Shown one piece after another: positions 26,054 to 36,111 of a DNA stretch of 64,000 nt. Below the pieces are notes generated by a model that ran no database searches, was not told where the DNA came from, and saw only the letters and a list, made by a program, of their open reading frames with translations. Location: the IMG/VR virus record IMGVR_UViG_3300016478_000063, positions 1 through 64,000 of that record. The stretch is one strand, 5' to 3'. Every line of letters begins with the position of its first letter. The stretch's first letter is position 1. The DNA comes from a virus (lineage: Duplodnaviria; Caudoviricetes). The position numbers and the translations under genes are program-made.

Positions 26054-27788
26054 TGTTGGTAAAAACCCTTGTCCGAGGTGTAGAGAAGATGGCGGGGACA
26101 AATCTGGGGATAATTTTTATTACTATGGTGAGGATAAAGGAGGTTATTGTTTTTCTTGCTCCTTTACTATCCCATCTAAAGAATATTCAGAGAATGAAAA
26201 TGATAATTTTAAATGGGAGGATATTGTGGGAAAACATTTTGATAAAGAAGTGAATGAGAAGATCAAAGAACAAACAGGAGTTGATAGCAAGGGTTATCGT
26301 GGGATTCGTACTGATGTGAGTAAACCGTTCGGTGTGCGTTATGAATATGATGATAACGGTGAAGTGAAAGCTACCTACTACCCTTGCACTCAAGATGGGC
26401 AACTGACAGGTTATAAAATTCGTCGTCATCCGAAAGATTTCACCAATCCTTATGGTGAGACTGGGAAAGATTGTGACTTGTTCATGCAATTTAAGTTTAT
26501 GAACACTCAGTCTGATACAGTTGTTATTTGCTCAGGAGAACATGACGCTTTGGCAACTTACCAAATGTTGAATGACTACATGACTTCAAAAGGTTACAAA
26601 GAAGTTCCTGTGGTTTCTTCCACTATTGGTGAAGGTGGTCTACATAAACAACTTCAGCTACAATATGAGTGGCTGAATAGATTCAACAAGATTATTTTTC
26701 TGCCAGATCAAGACAAGGCAGGAATGAAAGCCCTTGAAGAAGTTTCAAAAGTTGTACCGAAGCGTAAACTATTTGTTATGAGCATTTCTGAAAAAGATGC
26801 GAATGACGCTCTGCTTGCTGGAAAAGAACGTGAGGTCGTGAATGCTTACTACAAGGCTCGTGAGTATTCTCCTGTCGGTATCGTTGGTAGCTCTGAACTA
26901 CCTGATAAGATTATGGAAAGTGCTCTTGTAGAGAAGATTCCACTTCCACCGTTTATGCACAAAGCACAGAAACTCATGGCCGGTGGCATCCCTCTTGGAC
27001 GAATTGTAAATCTTGGCTCAATGAGCGGTGCCGGTAAGAGTACAATTATCGATGAATGTATTTACTACTGGATTTTTAATAGTCCATACAAAATTGGCGT
27101 TGTAAGTCTTGAGTCAGATAGCGGAGAATATGGTATCAAACTGCTGTCCCGCCATGTGGGATACAAGATTGATCTAATTGAAACCGTAGAACAGAAACGG
27201 GATTTTCTACTTCAAGAACATATTCAGAAAAAAGAATTTGAGCTTTTCTGTAACGAAGACGGTTCTGATCGCTTTAAACTTGTAGATGAGCGTGACGGTA
27301 GCGTTGAAGACTTGCAAGAACAAGTAAATCGTCTTGTAATTGAGTGTGAGTGTAAAATTATTATTCTTGATCCACTACAAGACGTTCTAGATGGTCTTTC
27401 GACTGAAGGTCAAGCTGTTTTTATGAAGTGGATGAAAGGTTTTACTAAGAGTCATAAAGTAACTTTTGTGAACATTAACCATGTTCGTAAGAACAGCGGT
27501 GGCACACAAGCTAACTCTACGGGTGCGGAACTTTATGAAGAGGACTTTTTAGGCTCATCCTCGATCTTCAAGAGTGCGGCTTGTAATATGTTGTTCATGC
27601 GTAATAAAGAAGCAGAAGACCACGTAGAGCGCAATACAACGCGAATGAAGATCACTAAGTGTCGCTGGTCTGGTCGTACCGCGCCTGATGCTGGTCGCTA
27701 CTATTACTGTAACGAAACTCACCGTCTGCATGATCTTGAGGATTGGCTTGATAAGAACCCAAGAAGTGTGGATAATATAGATTTTTAA
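26046..27788 (+). CDS. DNA primase-helicase (T7 gp4-like)
   Basis: Zn-finger CPRC...CFSC, TOPRIM ICSGEHDA and PDQD, Walker A SMSGAGKS, IILDPL, HVRK. Confidence 0.92.
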   Translation: MYSVGKNPCPRCREDGGDKSGDNFYYYGEDKGGYCFSCSFTIPSKEYSENENDNFKWEDIVGKHFDKEVNEKIKEQTGVDSKGYRGIRTDVSKPFGVRYEYDDNGEVKATYYPCTQDGQLTGYKIRRHPKDFTNPYGETGKDCDLFMQFKFMNTQSDTVVICSGEHDALATYQMLNDYMTSKGYKEVPVVSSTIGEGGLHKQLQLQYEWLNRFNKIIFLPDQDKAGMKALEEVSKVVPKRKLFVMSISEKDANDALLAGKEREVVNAYYKAREYSPVGIVGSSELPDKIMESALVEKIPLPPFMHKAQKLMAGGIPLGRIVNLGSMSGAGKSTIIDECIYYWIFNSPYKIGVVSLESDSGEYGIKLLSRHVGYKIDLIETVEQKRDFLLQEHIQKKEFELFCNEDGSDRFKLVDERDGSVEDLQEQVNRLVIECECKIIILDPLQDVLDGLSTEGQAVFMKWMKGFTKSHKVTFVNINHVRKNSGGTQANSTGAELYEEDFLGSSSIFKSAACNMLFMRNKEAEDHVERNTTRMKITKCRWSGRTAPDAGRYYYCNETHRLHDLEDWLDKNPRSVDNIDF

Positions 27789-27797
27789 GGAGATGCT

Positions 27798-28448
27798 ATG
27801 ATTTACGGTGTTGCTGTAAACGATTTACCTGATCACAAAACGCAAATAGTTGAAAAACATATCAATTCATTCGGGAAGGTTACTAGAAAGGTGGTGTGGC
27901 AATGTCCATTTTATACTAAATGGTTTAACATGTTATCTAGATGCTATAAAAAGAGCGAGTTGACAAGACATCCTACTTATGAAAATAAAACTGTTTGTGA
28001 GGAATGGCTTAAATTCTCCAACTTCAAGAAATGGATGGAGCAACAAGATTGGGAAAATAAAGAGTTAGATAAAGATATTCTTTTCTCTGGAAACAGTATT
28101 TATTCTCCAAGCACTTGTGTTTTTGTGAGTAAAGAAATAAATAAATTCATACTTGAGAAGACGAAAATTAGGGATTTTCCAATTGGTGTGTCTTTCCATA
28201 AAAAGAAGAGCAAGTTCATCGCATCGATCAGCTTAGGCAGAAACGGTAAAATTCAGCATTTGGGGACTTTCGACAACCAATATGAAGCTCACCTGTATTG
28301 GGCTGAAAGAAAGCTGAGTCTTGTGATTGAATTAGTAAAATCTGAAGACGAGAGGGTTGCAAATGCTCTTGTAGATAGATATACTTCGATGTATTATAAT
28401 GCTAAACGTAGATATGAGGAGTTTATCAATGGGGAAAAATTGGTCTGA
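27798..28448 (+). CDS. Free-standing HNH-type homing endonuclease
   Basis: YGVAVND...CEEWLKFSNFKKWM...ELDKDIL...YSPSTCVFVS; overlaps polymerase start. Confidence 0.88.
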   Translation: MIYGVAVNDLPDHKTQIVEKHINSFGKVTRKVVWQCPFYTKWFNMLSRCYKKSELTRHPTYENKTVCEEWLKFSNFKKWMEQQDWENKELDKDILFSGNSIYSPSTCVFVSKEINKFILEKTKIRDFPIGVSFHKKKSKFIASISLGRNGKIQHLGTFDNQYEAHLYWAERKLSLVIELVKSEDERVANALVDRYTSMYYNAKRRYEEFINGEKLV

Positions 28449-30633
28449 CGGAGATTGGATTTGGGATGAAGAGGTGTATCCAAACGTCTATACTTGTGCA
28501 GTAGTTCATTCAAGTGGTCAGAACTTCCAAGTTTTTGAAATAAGTGACAGAAAGAATGATGTGCAAGAGCTTCTTGAATTTATGCGAGACATTAAGCGAA
28601 AAAATCATAGGCTTGTAGGTTTCAACTCGGTAAACTTTGACTATCCTGTACTTCATTATATTTTGAATAAATCAAAAGAATCGAAAAAGTCAAAAATCCA
28701 TTTAAAAATTTCAGCAAAGGAAATCTATGATGTTGGTATGAATCTTATTAAATCTCAGGATGACGAAGAGTCTAAGTCTAGGGCAATTAAGGAGTCAGAG
28801 GTTATAATTCCGCAACTTGATCTTTTTCTTGTACATCATTTTAACAATCGTGCAAGAGCAACATCTTTGAAGATGCTTGAGTTCAACATGAGGTCTGATC
28901 AAATTGAAGACCTACCTTTCCCTGTTGGGAAACACCTGACCTCTGATGAAATTGATGTTTTGATTAAATACAACAAACATGATGTTCTGGAAACTTTAAA
29001 ATTTTACAATGAATCAAGAGAAGCTATTGAGCTGCGTAACGAGCTTACTAAGCAGTTCGGTTTCGATTGCACAAACTATAATGATACCAAGATTGGCAAG
29101 CAACTTTTCATTGATCGTTTGGAGAAGGAGAACCCAGGATGCTGCTACAGTTACGGTAAATTTGGACGTAAAATCAATCAGACAAAGCGCGATAAAATCG
29201 TAATCAAGGACTGTTTGTTTGACTACATTGATTTCTCTAAGAATCGTCCAGAATTTCAAGCTGTACACCAATGGTTCAAACGTCAAATCATCACTGAAAC
29301 AAAAGGTGTGTTTACTGATCTTCTTGAACACAATCTTGGTGATGTTGCAAAATATGCTGAGATGAAAGTTAAGAAGATCAAGTTCAAAGCTGAACCGAGC
29401 CAACAGGAAATTGATGAAGTAAAGAAAGAGTTTCCTATGGGTTGGGTTGAGGTTACAGAACTAAAAGCAATGGAGGTTGTCAAAGACTCAGAAGGTAAAC
29501 CGATCAAAGAAGCCTATATTGACGAAAACGGTAAACAGAAACAGCGCAATGTGAAAGTTCCAAAGAAATCCTATCATTGGTGCTACAATATCGCTGAAAC
29601 TCTAAACGTAGTTATCAACGGTTTTCGATATGATTTTGGTGTTGGTGGTATTCATGGTGCTAAACAAGGGACTCACAAGTCTACAGAGAAACGTAAGCTA
29701 CGAACATTGGATGTTGCCAGCTACTATCCGAACATGGCAATCAGCAACAATGTTTATCCGAAGCACCTTGGGATGACATTTTGCAAAGTGTACAAGGATT
29801 TGTACGTTGAACGTAAGAAACACGATAAAAAGTCAGCAGCAAACAAGGCTCTGAAGCTAGCTCTCAATGGGGTGTATGGCGATAGCAATAACGAGTTTAG
29901 TCCACTGTATGATCCAGCATATACCATGAGCATTACGATTGGTGGGCAGCTTTCACTTTGTATGCTGATGGGTGCTCTTGTGGATCACTGTGATGCTGAA
30001 ATCATTATGTGTAACACTGATGGCTTTGAATATTTTGTTGATGTTGACAAGATTGAAAAAGCTGATAAGATTGTCAAACGATGGGAACAAGTGACTGGTC
30101 TTGAGATGGAAGGAGACACTTACTCTGTTATGTATGTTAGGGACGTAAATAATTACACTAGCATTACAGAATCAGGGAAGGTAAAGACCAAAGGTGCTTA
30201 TGAAGTGCTGCCTTACCGTGAGCTTGGATGGCATAAGAACCACTCAGCAATGGTTATTGCAATGGCTGTGCAAAAGGAGTTGCTTGGTGAATGTTCGGCA
30301 GAAGAGTTCATTCGTTCCCACAAAGATGCCTATGATTTTGTACTCAGAACAAAAGTACCTCGATCATCCAAGCTTTATCTGTGTTACGATGATGGACGTG
30401 AGGAACAGCAACAGAACATCTGTCGCTATTATCCAGCTTCAGAAGGTGGTAAGCTTGTTAAGCTAATGCCTCCACTTGAGGGTAGTGATGAATGGCGTAG
30501 ACTTGGAATTGATACGGAGTGGGATGTTCTCACATGCAACAATATGAAGGATTTCAACTGGTCAAAGCTAAACTACGACTATTACATCACAGAAGCTCAG
30601 AAACTGATTGAAGGGGTGAAGAATGTATCATGA
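28429..30633 (+). CDS. DNA polymerase, B-family-like motifs, with N-terminal 3'-5' exonuclease
   Basis: ExoI WDEEVY, ExoII GFNSVNFD, ExoIII YNKHDV; LDVASYYPN, KLALNGVYG, CNTDG. Confidence 0.9.
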   Translation: MGKNWSDGDWIWDEEVYPNVYTCAVVHSSGQNFQVFEISDRKNDVQELLEFMRDIKRKNHRLVGFNSVNFDYPVLHYILNKSKESKKSKIHLKISAKEIYDVGMNLIKSQDDEESKSRAIKESEVIIPQLDLFLVHHFNNRARATSLKMLEFNMRSDQIEDLPFPVGKHLTSDEIDVLIKYNKHDVLETLKFYNESREAIELRNELTKQFGFDCTNYNDTKIGKQLFIDRLEKENPGCCYSYGKFGRKINQTKRDKIVIKDCLFDYIDFSKNRPEFQAVHQWFKRQIITETKGVFTDLLEHNLGDVAKYAEMKVKKIKFKAEPSQQEIDEVKKEFPMGWVEVTELKAMEVVKDSEGKPIKEAYIDENGKQKQRNVKVPKKSYHWCYNIAETLNVVINGFRYDFGVGGIHGAKQGTHKSTEKRKLRTLDVASYYPNMAISNNVYPKHLGMTFCKVYKDLYVERKKHDKKSAANKALKLALNGVYGDSNNEFSPLYDPAYTMSITIGGQLSLCMLMGALVDHCDAEIIMCNTDGFEYFVDVDKIEKADKIVKRWEQVTGLEMEGDTYSVMYVRDVNNYTSITESGKVKTKGAYEVLPYRELGWHKNHSAMVIAMAVQKELLGECSAEEFIRSHKDAYDFVLRTKVPRSSKLYLCYDDGREEQQQNICRYYPASEGGKLVKLMPPLEGSDEWRRLGIDTEWDVLTCNNMKDFNWSKLNYDYYITEAQKLIEGVKNVS

Positions 30634-30651
30634 AAATATTTCAGAAAACAT

Positions 30652-30680
30652 TTGACAACCCCTGAAAATCGTGATTTAAT
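30652..30680 (+). promoter_or_regulatory. sigma70-like promoter
   Basis: TTGACA-17-TTTAAT. Confidence 0.7.
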
Positions 30681-30728
30681 AGATGCCAAGCTTGATAGAC
30701 AAGCTTTAAATAAACAGAAGAGAGGAGA

Positions 30729-30941
30729 ATGATAATGAATATTGAAAATCTATCGGACATTGATGTTCTTGAGCTGTATAAGAAGAAGGCTTCTAGCCTA
30801 TCTTTTTACAATGCAGCAGAAGGGCAATCTTGGTACGAAGAACGACCTGCTCGTGAGCAATGTAAGAAGGAATTTACAGAGGTTGCGGCAGAGATTGATA
30901 AGCGTGGTTTGGAAACCCCATCTGGTGATTATCTTATTTAA
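30729..30941 (+). CDS. Hypothetical protein
   Basis: GAGGAG RBS. Confidence 0.75.
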   Translation: MIMNIENLSDIDVLELYKKKASSLSFYNAAEGQSWYEERPAREQCKKEFTEVAAEIDKRGLETPSGDYLI

Positions 30942-30951
30942 GGAGAAATAA

Positions 30952-31305
30952 ATGGGAAGCGTAACTGCAACAGTAAGCAACGCTGTTAACGAGATATTCC
31001 AAACACAAAGTCTTCATTTTGAGTCTTATGAAGATTTTGTTAAATATGAAAATGCGGCAACTTCACCTGCACAGTCAGAGAACAACGTCCACCTGACAGA
31101 CCAACAAATCTACAAGCTTCGTATCCTACTTGGTCATGTTCTTGGCGATAAAGATTGTGATAATCTTAACGAACAGCTTGACTATCTCTATGACAATGAG
31201 CTAGAATGTGAGGACTACGACAAGATGTTCTTTACTTTTATCGTAAATGATCTTCCTGTGGTCTTGGAAGATGGTGACAAAGAAGCTACAATTCAATTTA
31301 AATAG
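30952..31305 (+). CDS. Hypothetical protein
   Basis: AAGGAG RBS. Confidence 0.75.
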   Translation: MGSVTATVSNAVNEIFQTQSLHFESYEDFVKYENAATSPAQSENNVHLTDQQIYKLRILLGHVLGDKDCDNLNEQLDYLYDNELECEDYDKMFFTFIVNDLPVVLEDGDKEATIQFK

Positions 31306-31315
31306 GAGAAATAAA

Positions 31316-31483
31316 ATGAGTAACAAATTTGTATATGTTCTACAACAAAAATCTACTGGCATTCCTGTACAAGATGTATTCCTATCTCGACAAGAAGCCC
31401 GTAGCGCAAAGAATGTCTATGAGCAACGTGATGGAACTAAATACTCTATCATGCGTTATGAACAAAATGGTGTGATTCGTTAA
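31316..31483 (+). CDS. Hypothetical protein
   Basis: AGGAG RBS before ATG 31316. Confidence 0.7.
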   Translation: MSNKFVYVLQQKSTGIPVQDVFLSRQEARSAKNVYEQRDGTKYSIMRYEQNGVIR

Positions 31484-31495
31484 GGAGAAATAAAT

Positions 31496-31714
31496 ATGAA
31501 CGCTAAACAAAGTAAACGTCTACGCCGACAGGCTCTCATCCAAGCTGTAGAACAAGGTCTTCCATATGTTCAATATGGTTTCAAGCAATATCGCAAAGCT
31601 TTTACAAAACTAACAGGTGAGGTTGTTCCATATTCTGTATATACTGCTTATCTGGAAGATTCACAACGCAAGCTGTATAAGCGGCTTAAGAAAGAATTTA
31701 AGCAGAACGCTTAA
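31496..31714 (+). CDS. Basic hypothetical protein (MNAKQSKRLRR)
   Basis: AAGGAG RBS. Confidence 0.75.
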   Translation: MNAKQSKRLRRQALIQAVEQGLPYVQYGFKQYRKAFTKLTGEVVPYSVYTAYLEDSQRKLYKRLKKEFKQNA

Positions 31715-31790
31715 ATAATGCCATTAAGGCATAAATTGCAACAAATGGCATATTGCCAAGTGCATTCAAATAACTAAGAGGAAATAAAAT

Positions 31791-32441
31791 ATGACTACCC
31801 TAAACGCTGTGTTCGGCTACACCAAAATTCAACAAGCTGACTTCAAATATGGCAGCACCACTGATAAAGAGTGGAGTGTTGATTGTATTGTTGATAAAGC
31901 TACTGCTAAGGCTTGGAATAAGCAGTTCCCTAAGCAGAAAGCCAAGGAGATTGATAATGATGATTTTGAAAAGATTTTCAAGGTTGCTCCTCCTTATCCA
32001 GAGCAAGATGAACAATATGTGGTGAAGCTGAAGAAGCCAGCTCAATATAAGAAAGATGGTGAGACTCATCCTGTACCAGATCAATACCGTCCACGAGTGT
32101 TTGAGAAAGGTGCTGACGGTAAGCTTGTAGATATTACCAAGGATAAGCTGGTTGCTAATGGTTCCAAAGGTGTTGCTAGTTACGAGGTTAATAGTAATGA
32201 CTACGGTACTTTTGCTCGCCTGAAAGCTATTCGTGTAGATGAACTCATTGAGTACAAGCAAGCGTCTAAGGGTAATAACTTTGACGAGCTTGGTGAGGTA
32301 TCTAGCCTTGCAGATGATTTCTCTGATCTCCCTGAACGGGAGATGAGTGAAGTTCAGAAAGAGCAACGTAAACCAGAGAAACCGAAAGCAAAACCTGCGC
32401 CAGAGCCTGAGTTTGATGACTCTGAAGAATTACCGTTCTGA
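31791..32441 (+). CDS. Single-stranded DNA-binding protein (gp2.5-like)
   Basis: Located in replication module; acidic tail ending EELPF; ANGSKGVA motif. Confidence 0.75.
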   Translation: MTTLNAVFGYTKIQQADFKYGSTTDKEWSVDCIVDKATAKAWNKQFPKQKAKEIDNDDFEKIFKVAPPYPEQDEQYVVKLKKPAQYKKDGETHPVPDQYRPRVFEKGADGKLVDITKDKLVANGSKGVASYEVNSNDYGTFARLKAIRVDELIEYKQASKGNNFDELGEVSSLADDFSDLPEREMSEVQKEQRKPEKPKAKPAPEPEFDDSEELPF

Positions 32442-32460
32442 TGTAGTTTAAGCAATATAC

Positions 32461-32500
32461 TGCCGGTTGTTGAGAATATTTCCCGATAACCGGCATTTTA
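32461..32500 (+). terminator. Rho-independent terminator
   Basis: TGCCGGTT/AACCGGCA plus TTTT. Confidence 0.7.
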
Positions 32501-32529
32501 ATTCCTATTCATAAGCAAGGAGATAAATA

Positions 32530-32778
32530 ATGAAAGAACGTAGCGACCTATACAAACGAGCATATCAACTATCCCAAGAGATTATTATGCTCCAAGAAGA
32601 CCTAAAAGAGCTTGCTGGTGAGTTTACTTACCACAAGGAGTACAACACTGAGGGCTTTGAGAAAAGCGAAGTGAAGAAGCTAATTAAGGCCGCTCAGGCG
32701 ATGGCTAAACAAGATGATCTAAAATCTAAGGCTGAAGAGCTAGAAGAGCTTCAAGAAATTCAAGAGACTTACTCGTAA
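32530..32778 (+). CDS. Small coiled-coil DNA-binding-like protein (DsbA/GapR-like)
   Basis: EIIMLQEDLKEL...GFEKSEVKKLIK pattern (recall, unverified). Confidence 0.55.
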   Translation: MKERSDLYKRAYQLSQEIIMLQEDLKELAGEFTYHKEYNTEGFEKSEVKKLIKAAQAMAKQDDLKSKAEELEELQEIQETYS

Positions 32779-32787
32779 GGAGATATA

Positions 32788-33048
32788 ATGAAAACTCTAT
32801 ATGTTCTTGTTACAGATTGTGGGGATGGTTCTAGCAGCGCAAACTACACGTTTGATGGTGAGCTAATCAAGAAACTTGAAGATTTGGCAGAAAAAGATTT
32901 ACTGGACTATGATTCTGGTTTGATTGACGGTGATGGGTTTCACTATGACGAGCTTTATGTTCCTGATGAATGCACTTATGAAAGTCTTGGTATCAGCTAT
33001 CCGTTTGAGATTGACTTGGAAGATATAGTTCAGGACGAAGAAGAGTAA
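32788..33048 (+). CDS. Acidic hypothetical protein
   Basis: AAGGAG RBS. Confidence 0.75.
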   Translation: MKTLYVLVTDCGDGSSSANYTFDGELIKKLEDLAEKDLLDYDSGLIDGDGFHYDELYVPDECTYESLGISYPFEIDLEDIVQDEEE

Positions 33049-33057
33049 TCAACAAAC

Positions 33058-33090
33058 AAGCCCTGCCGTAACAAGTGGGGCTTACTTACT
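33058..33090 (+). terminator. Rho-independent terminator
   Basis: AAGCCC...GGGCTT plus T-rich tail. Confidence 0.6.
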
Positions 33091-33106
33091 TATTTATGAG
33101 GATGTT

Positions 33107-33307
33107 ATGACTAAGAAATTAGTATGGATTGTTGAGGATATTGAAACTGGTCAAGTGCGTTCTAATTGGTCAACAGGGACACGAATCTATTCACGAAAGA
33201 AGAATGCAGAAGCTGCTTTGAAGAAAGCTTGGTGGCGTACTGATATTCCTTCACCATATCGTATTGTAGAATATGAGCTTGTTCCTACGGAAAAGGAGAA
33301 GGAATGA
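33107..33307 (+). CDS. Hypothetical protein
   Basis: GAGGA RBS. Confidence 0.7.
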   Translation: MTKKLVWIVEDIETGQVRSNWSTGTRIYSRKKNAEAALKKAWWRTDIPSPYRIVEYELVPTEKEKE

Positions 33308-33360
33308 CTAAGCAATACACAGCACTGATTGATATTAGGTTTAGGGGTACATATGGGTAG
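33304..33360 (+). pseudogene. Stranded former N-terminus of the 5'-3' exonuclease (MTKQYTALID...)
   Basis: GGAG RBS and ATGA coupling; ALID resembles the first strand plus catalytic Asp of FEN-like nucleases; stop after 18 aa inside the HNH start. Confidence 0.55.
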
Positions 33361-34048
33361 GAAACTAGATTTAGCAGGTAAAAAATTTGGTAGACTTCTA
33401 GTTATTTCAGAAGCGCCTAAGCACATAATGCCTTCAGGCTACAAAGCTAGGAAGTGGAATTGTATTTGTGACTGTGGTGCAGAAAGAGAAGTTTTTCAGA
33501 ATTCACTAACGACAGGTGTCACTCAGTCTTGTGGCTGTTTCCGTATTGAGCAACTTCCAAGCAATCGTGATTCTGCAAAAGGTTTGAGAACAGGTTGTGA
33601 CCGAAGCGACCCTCGGTATAATGTTTGGAGCATGATGATTCAGAGGTGTTATGAAAAGAATCATGACTCATATGAAATATATGGAGGTGTTGGTAAACTG
33701 GTCTGCGAACGCTGGTTGGAGAAGTATGCTGTTGGTTTTAAGAATTTTTGTGAAGATATGGGTGAACGTCCAGAAGGGTTCAAATTGGATCGTATAAACA
33801 ATGATCTTGGATATTCCCCTGAAAACTGTCGCTGGGTCGCAGACAAAACTTCTGTAATAAACAGGGGATTGAGTCGCAATAACACGTCTGGAGTTAAAGG
33901 TGTGACATGGCACGAGCATTGCGGTCGTTGGTGTGCTCAGATTGGTGTTGACTATTCAAACGTAGTTTTAGGATACTACGAAGATTGGTTTGAAGCCGTG
34001 TGTGCCAGAAAATCTGGAGAATTGGTTTATTTCAAGGGGTTGCTATGA
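33353..34048 (+). CDS. HNH homing endonuclease with AP2-like C-terminus
   Basis: GKKFGRLLVI, WNCICDCG, TQSCGC, LDRINNDLGYSPENCRW, NNTSGVKGV. Confidence 0.9.
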   Translation: MGRKLDLAGKKFGRLLVISEAPKHIMPSGYKARKWNCICDCGAEREVFQNSLTTGVTQSCGCFRIEQLPSNRDSAKGLRTGCDRSDPRYNVWSMMIQRCYEKNHDSYEIYGGVGKLVCERWLEKYAVGFKNFCEDMGERPEGFKLDRINNDLGYSPENCRWVADKTSVINRGLSRNNTSGVKGVTWHEHCGRWCAQIGVDYSNVVLGYYEDWFEAVCARKSGELVYFKGLL

Positions 34049-35001
34049 AAAAACTATTAGTTGTTGATGCGGATACGATATTACATGCTTCATCAGCCCA
34101 ACAGCAGCTCAATAAATGTCTAGCTACAAACATTGAATACGGCTCACAACGTCTATTTGAATCTAAGACAGCCTTTAATGATTGGGCTAAGGAGAATAAC
34201 AGAGACAAAGCAAACTACTCATTTGAAACAGTATCAGAAATCAAACCAGATGCAGAACCACGATTTGCTTTTCAAGCGATCAAGCAGAAGGTGGACAAGA
34301 TTGTTGAAGCTGCTAAGTGTGATGATTATGTTCTCTGCATCGAAGGTGAAGGGAACTTTCGTAAAGACTTCAAGTCTAGGTTCGTAGACTACAAAGGACA
34401 ACGTAGTGAAAAACCAATTCTGTTTGAAGAATGCAGAGAGTTCTTTCTGAAGAAATACAAAAAGAAAGTGATCCTTTCTGAAGGGCGAGAAACTGACGAC
34501 ACTTGTAACATCATGGCTTGGGAAAGCTACAACAAAGGTGTTAGTTCTAAGGATAAGAGTAAGTGTAATGTTGTTCTGGCATACTGTGATAAAGACCTAA
34601 AAGCCAACAGTCGTGGCTGGATGCTCAACTACAACAAGCTGGAAGAGGGAATCTTCTGGAATGATGCTTTCACACAGTCCTATAACTTTGCTACACAGCT
34701 TCTGATTGGAGACAGTGCAGATAACATTCCGGGCATTGAAAAGCTTTCCAAGATTACGAAAGAGCGATTCAATATCAAAGTGGAAGGTGTTGGCCCTGCT
34801 ACGGCTAAGAAGATTCTTGCTGATTGCAAGACAGAAGTTGATTTAGCCAGTAGGGTGTATGAGTGCTATTCTGCAATGTATGGTGATGAAGAAGGTTGGG
34901 AAGAACGTCTGTATGAAAATGGATTCTTCTTGTATTTGCTTAGATATGAAAATGATAAGTGGGATTTGGATAGGTATCTGAGAGGGACAATTTATGAATA
35001 A
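34045..35001 (+). CDS. 5'-3' exonuclease (FEN/T7 gp6-like)
   Basis: VVDADT, NFRK, DYKGQR, ETDD, DKDL, GDSADNIPG; ATGA overlap with HNH stop. Confidence 0.9.
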   Translation: MKKLLVVDADTILHASSAQQQLNKCLATNIEYGSQRLFESKTAFNDWAKENNRDKANYSFETVSEIKPDAEPRFAFQAIKQKVDKIVEAAKCDDYVLCIEGEGNFRKDFKSRFVDYKGQRSEKPILFEECREFFLKKYKKKVILSEGRETDDTCNIMAWESYNKGVSSKDKSKCNVVLAYCDKDLKANSRGWMLNYNKLEEGIFWNDAFTQSYNFATQLLIGDSADNIPGIEKLSKITKERFNIKVEGVGPATAKKILADCKTEVDLASRVYECYSAMYGDEEGWEERLYENGFFLYLLRYENDKWDLDRYLRGTIYE

Positions 35002-35203
35002 GGTTGCAGGTTATTGCATTATTGACACAGAAACTGGTGAACGCTGGGGTGATCTTTATGAATCTCAAGCAGGTGCTAAGTCTAGTTTTAATAGTTGGGT
35101 AAAACAGCGAAACTATTACAGAGATAACGTGCAACCCAAGTTCAATGAGCAAACTCAGTATGTAATCAAACCAGTATGGTTGCTAGATGACAGTCCCAAC
35201 TAA
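34994..35203 (+). CDS. Hypothetical protein
   Basis: Operon packing, GAGGG RBS. Confidence 0.65.
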   Translation: MNKVAGYCIIDTETGERWGDLYESQAGAKSSFNSWVKQRNYYRDNVQPKFNEQTQYVIKPVWLLDDSPN

Positions 35204-35768
35204 AGCAGACTTAGACAAACGAGAGAAGAAACTAAAAGAGTTCTTGAAAAATCTAGATCAATCTGGTAAAGGCAAGGAAGCCAAGATCATTGGAGTTGTT
35301 CGTAGTGCTATTCGCAGTGCTTGGCTAAAATCCGACACTAAGTTGGCCTATCTCTATATGAACACAATCCCAGATATGGATGATTCAACAAGAACTAAAT
35401 GGCTTTGGAAGTGTGAGATTTGTGGAGAACTATTTCAACTAAAAGACATTAACGTAGACCACAAGTGGGGCAACCATGCTTTCACAAAGCTTGAAGACTT
35501 CCCTAATTATTTCAAAAATATTCTTATGGTTGGGTTTGACGATCTTCAGATTCTGTGTAAGAATGACCATGATATCAAAACGCTGGGGGAGTCTATGGGA
35601 GTTTCTTTTGAGATTGCTTCTTATCACAAAATAGCGATTGATTTACAACGTAAAAAGCTTGATAAAGAATGGTTAGCATCTAAAGGTGTTGTTGCAGCTA
35701 AAACTAAAGATGCTCGACGTGAACAGATTGTTGAAATATTGAAAGAGGAGAAAGAGAATGTGGAGTAG
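35187..35768 (+). CDS. Zn-binding HNH-fold endonuclease (possible resolvase)
   Basis: CEICG...NVDH...LQILCKNDH; core position after exonuclease. Confidence 0.7.
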   Translation: MTVPTKADLDKREKKLKEFLKNLDQSGKGKEAKIIGVVRSAIRSAWLKSDTKLAYLYMNTIPDMDDSTRTKWLWKCEICGELFQLKDINVDHKWGNHAFTKLEDFPNYFKNILMVGFDDLQILCKNDHDIKTLGESMGVSFEIASYHKIAIDLQRKKLDKEWLASKGVVAAKTKDARREQIVEILKEEKENVE

Positions 35769-35837
35769 GTTTGAAAAATATATGATGTTTAGCATCGGGT
35801 ATGGCGATTGGACTTCTGTAGGAATTGAGGTGATTCA

Positions 35838-36050
35838 ATGAGTTTAACAGACATTGACTTTTTAATCTTGAAAAAGAAACTTGATCTTCTGGAAGATAGA
35901 TTATTTTCTTTAGAGCAAGAGTATAATCGACTCAATTATTATACAGAGCAAGACATTAAGAAAAGCTCAAACTATGTACTTGAACAAGGGACGTTAGATG
36001 ATGCGGGAAGTGATCAAGTGTGGAAACGAAGTGAAGGAGGAGAGAAATGA
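35838..36050 (+). CDS. Hypothetical protein
   Basis: GAGGTG RBS. Confidence 0.65.
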   Translation: MSLTDIDFLILKKKLDLLEDRLFSLEQEYNRLNYYTEQDIKKSSNYVLEQGTLDDAGSDQVWKRSEGGEK

Positions 36051-36111
36051 ACCACTATTTTGATTGGATGCTTTATGGGAAACTTGTAGAATCTGCTGTG
36101 TTTTCTGAGAT

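Noticed and set aside
26046-30633. Introns or inteins in primase-helicase or DNA polymerase
   Set aside because: Both ORFs are continuous with normal motif spacing; no group I core or intein-like insertion seen.
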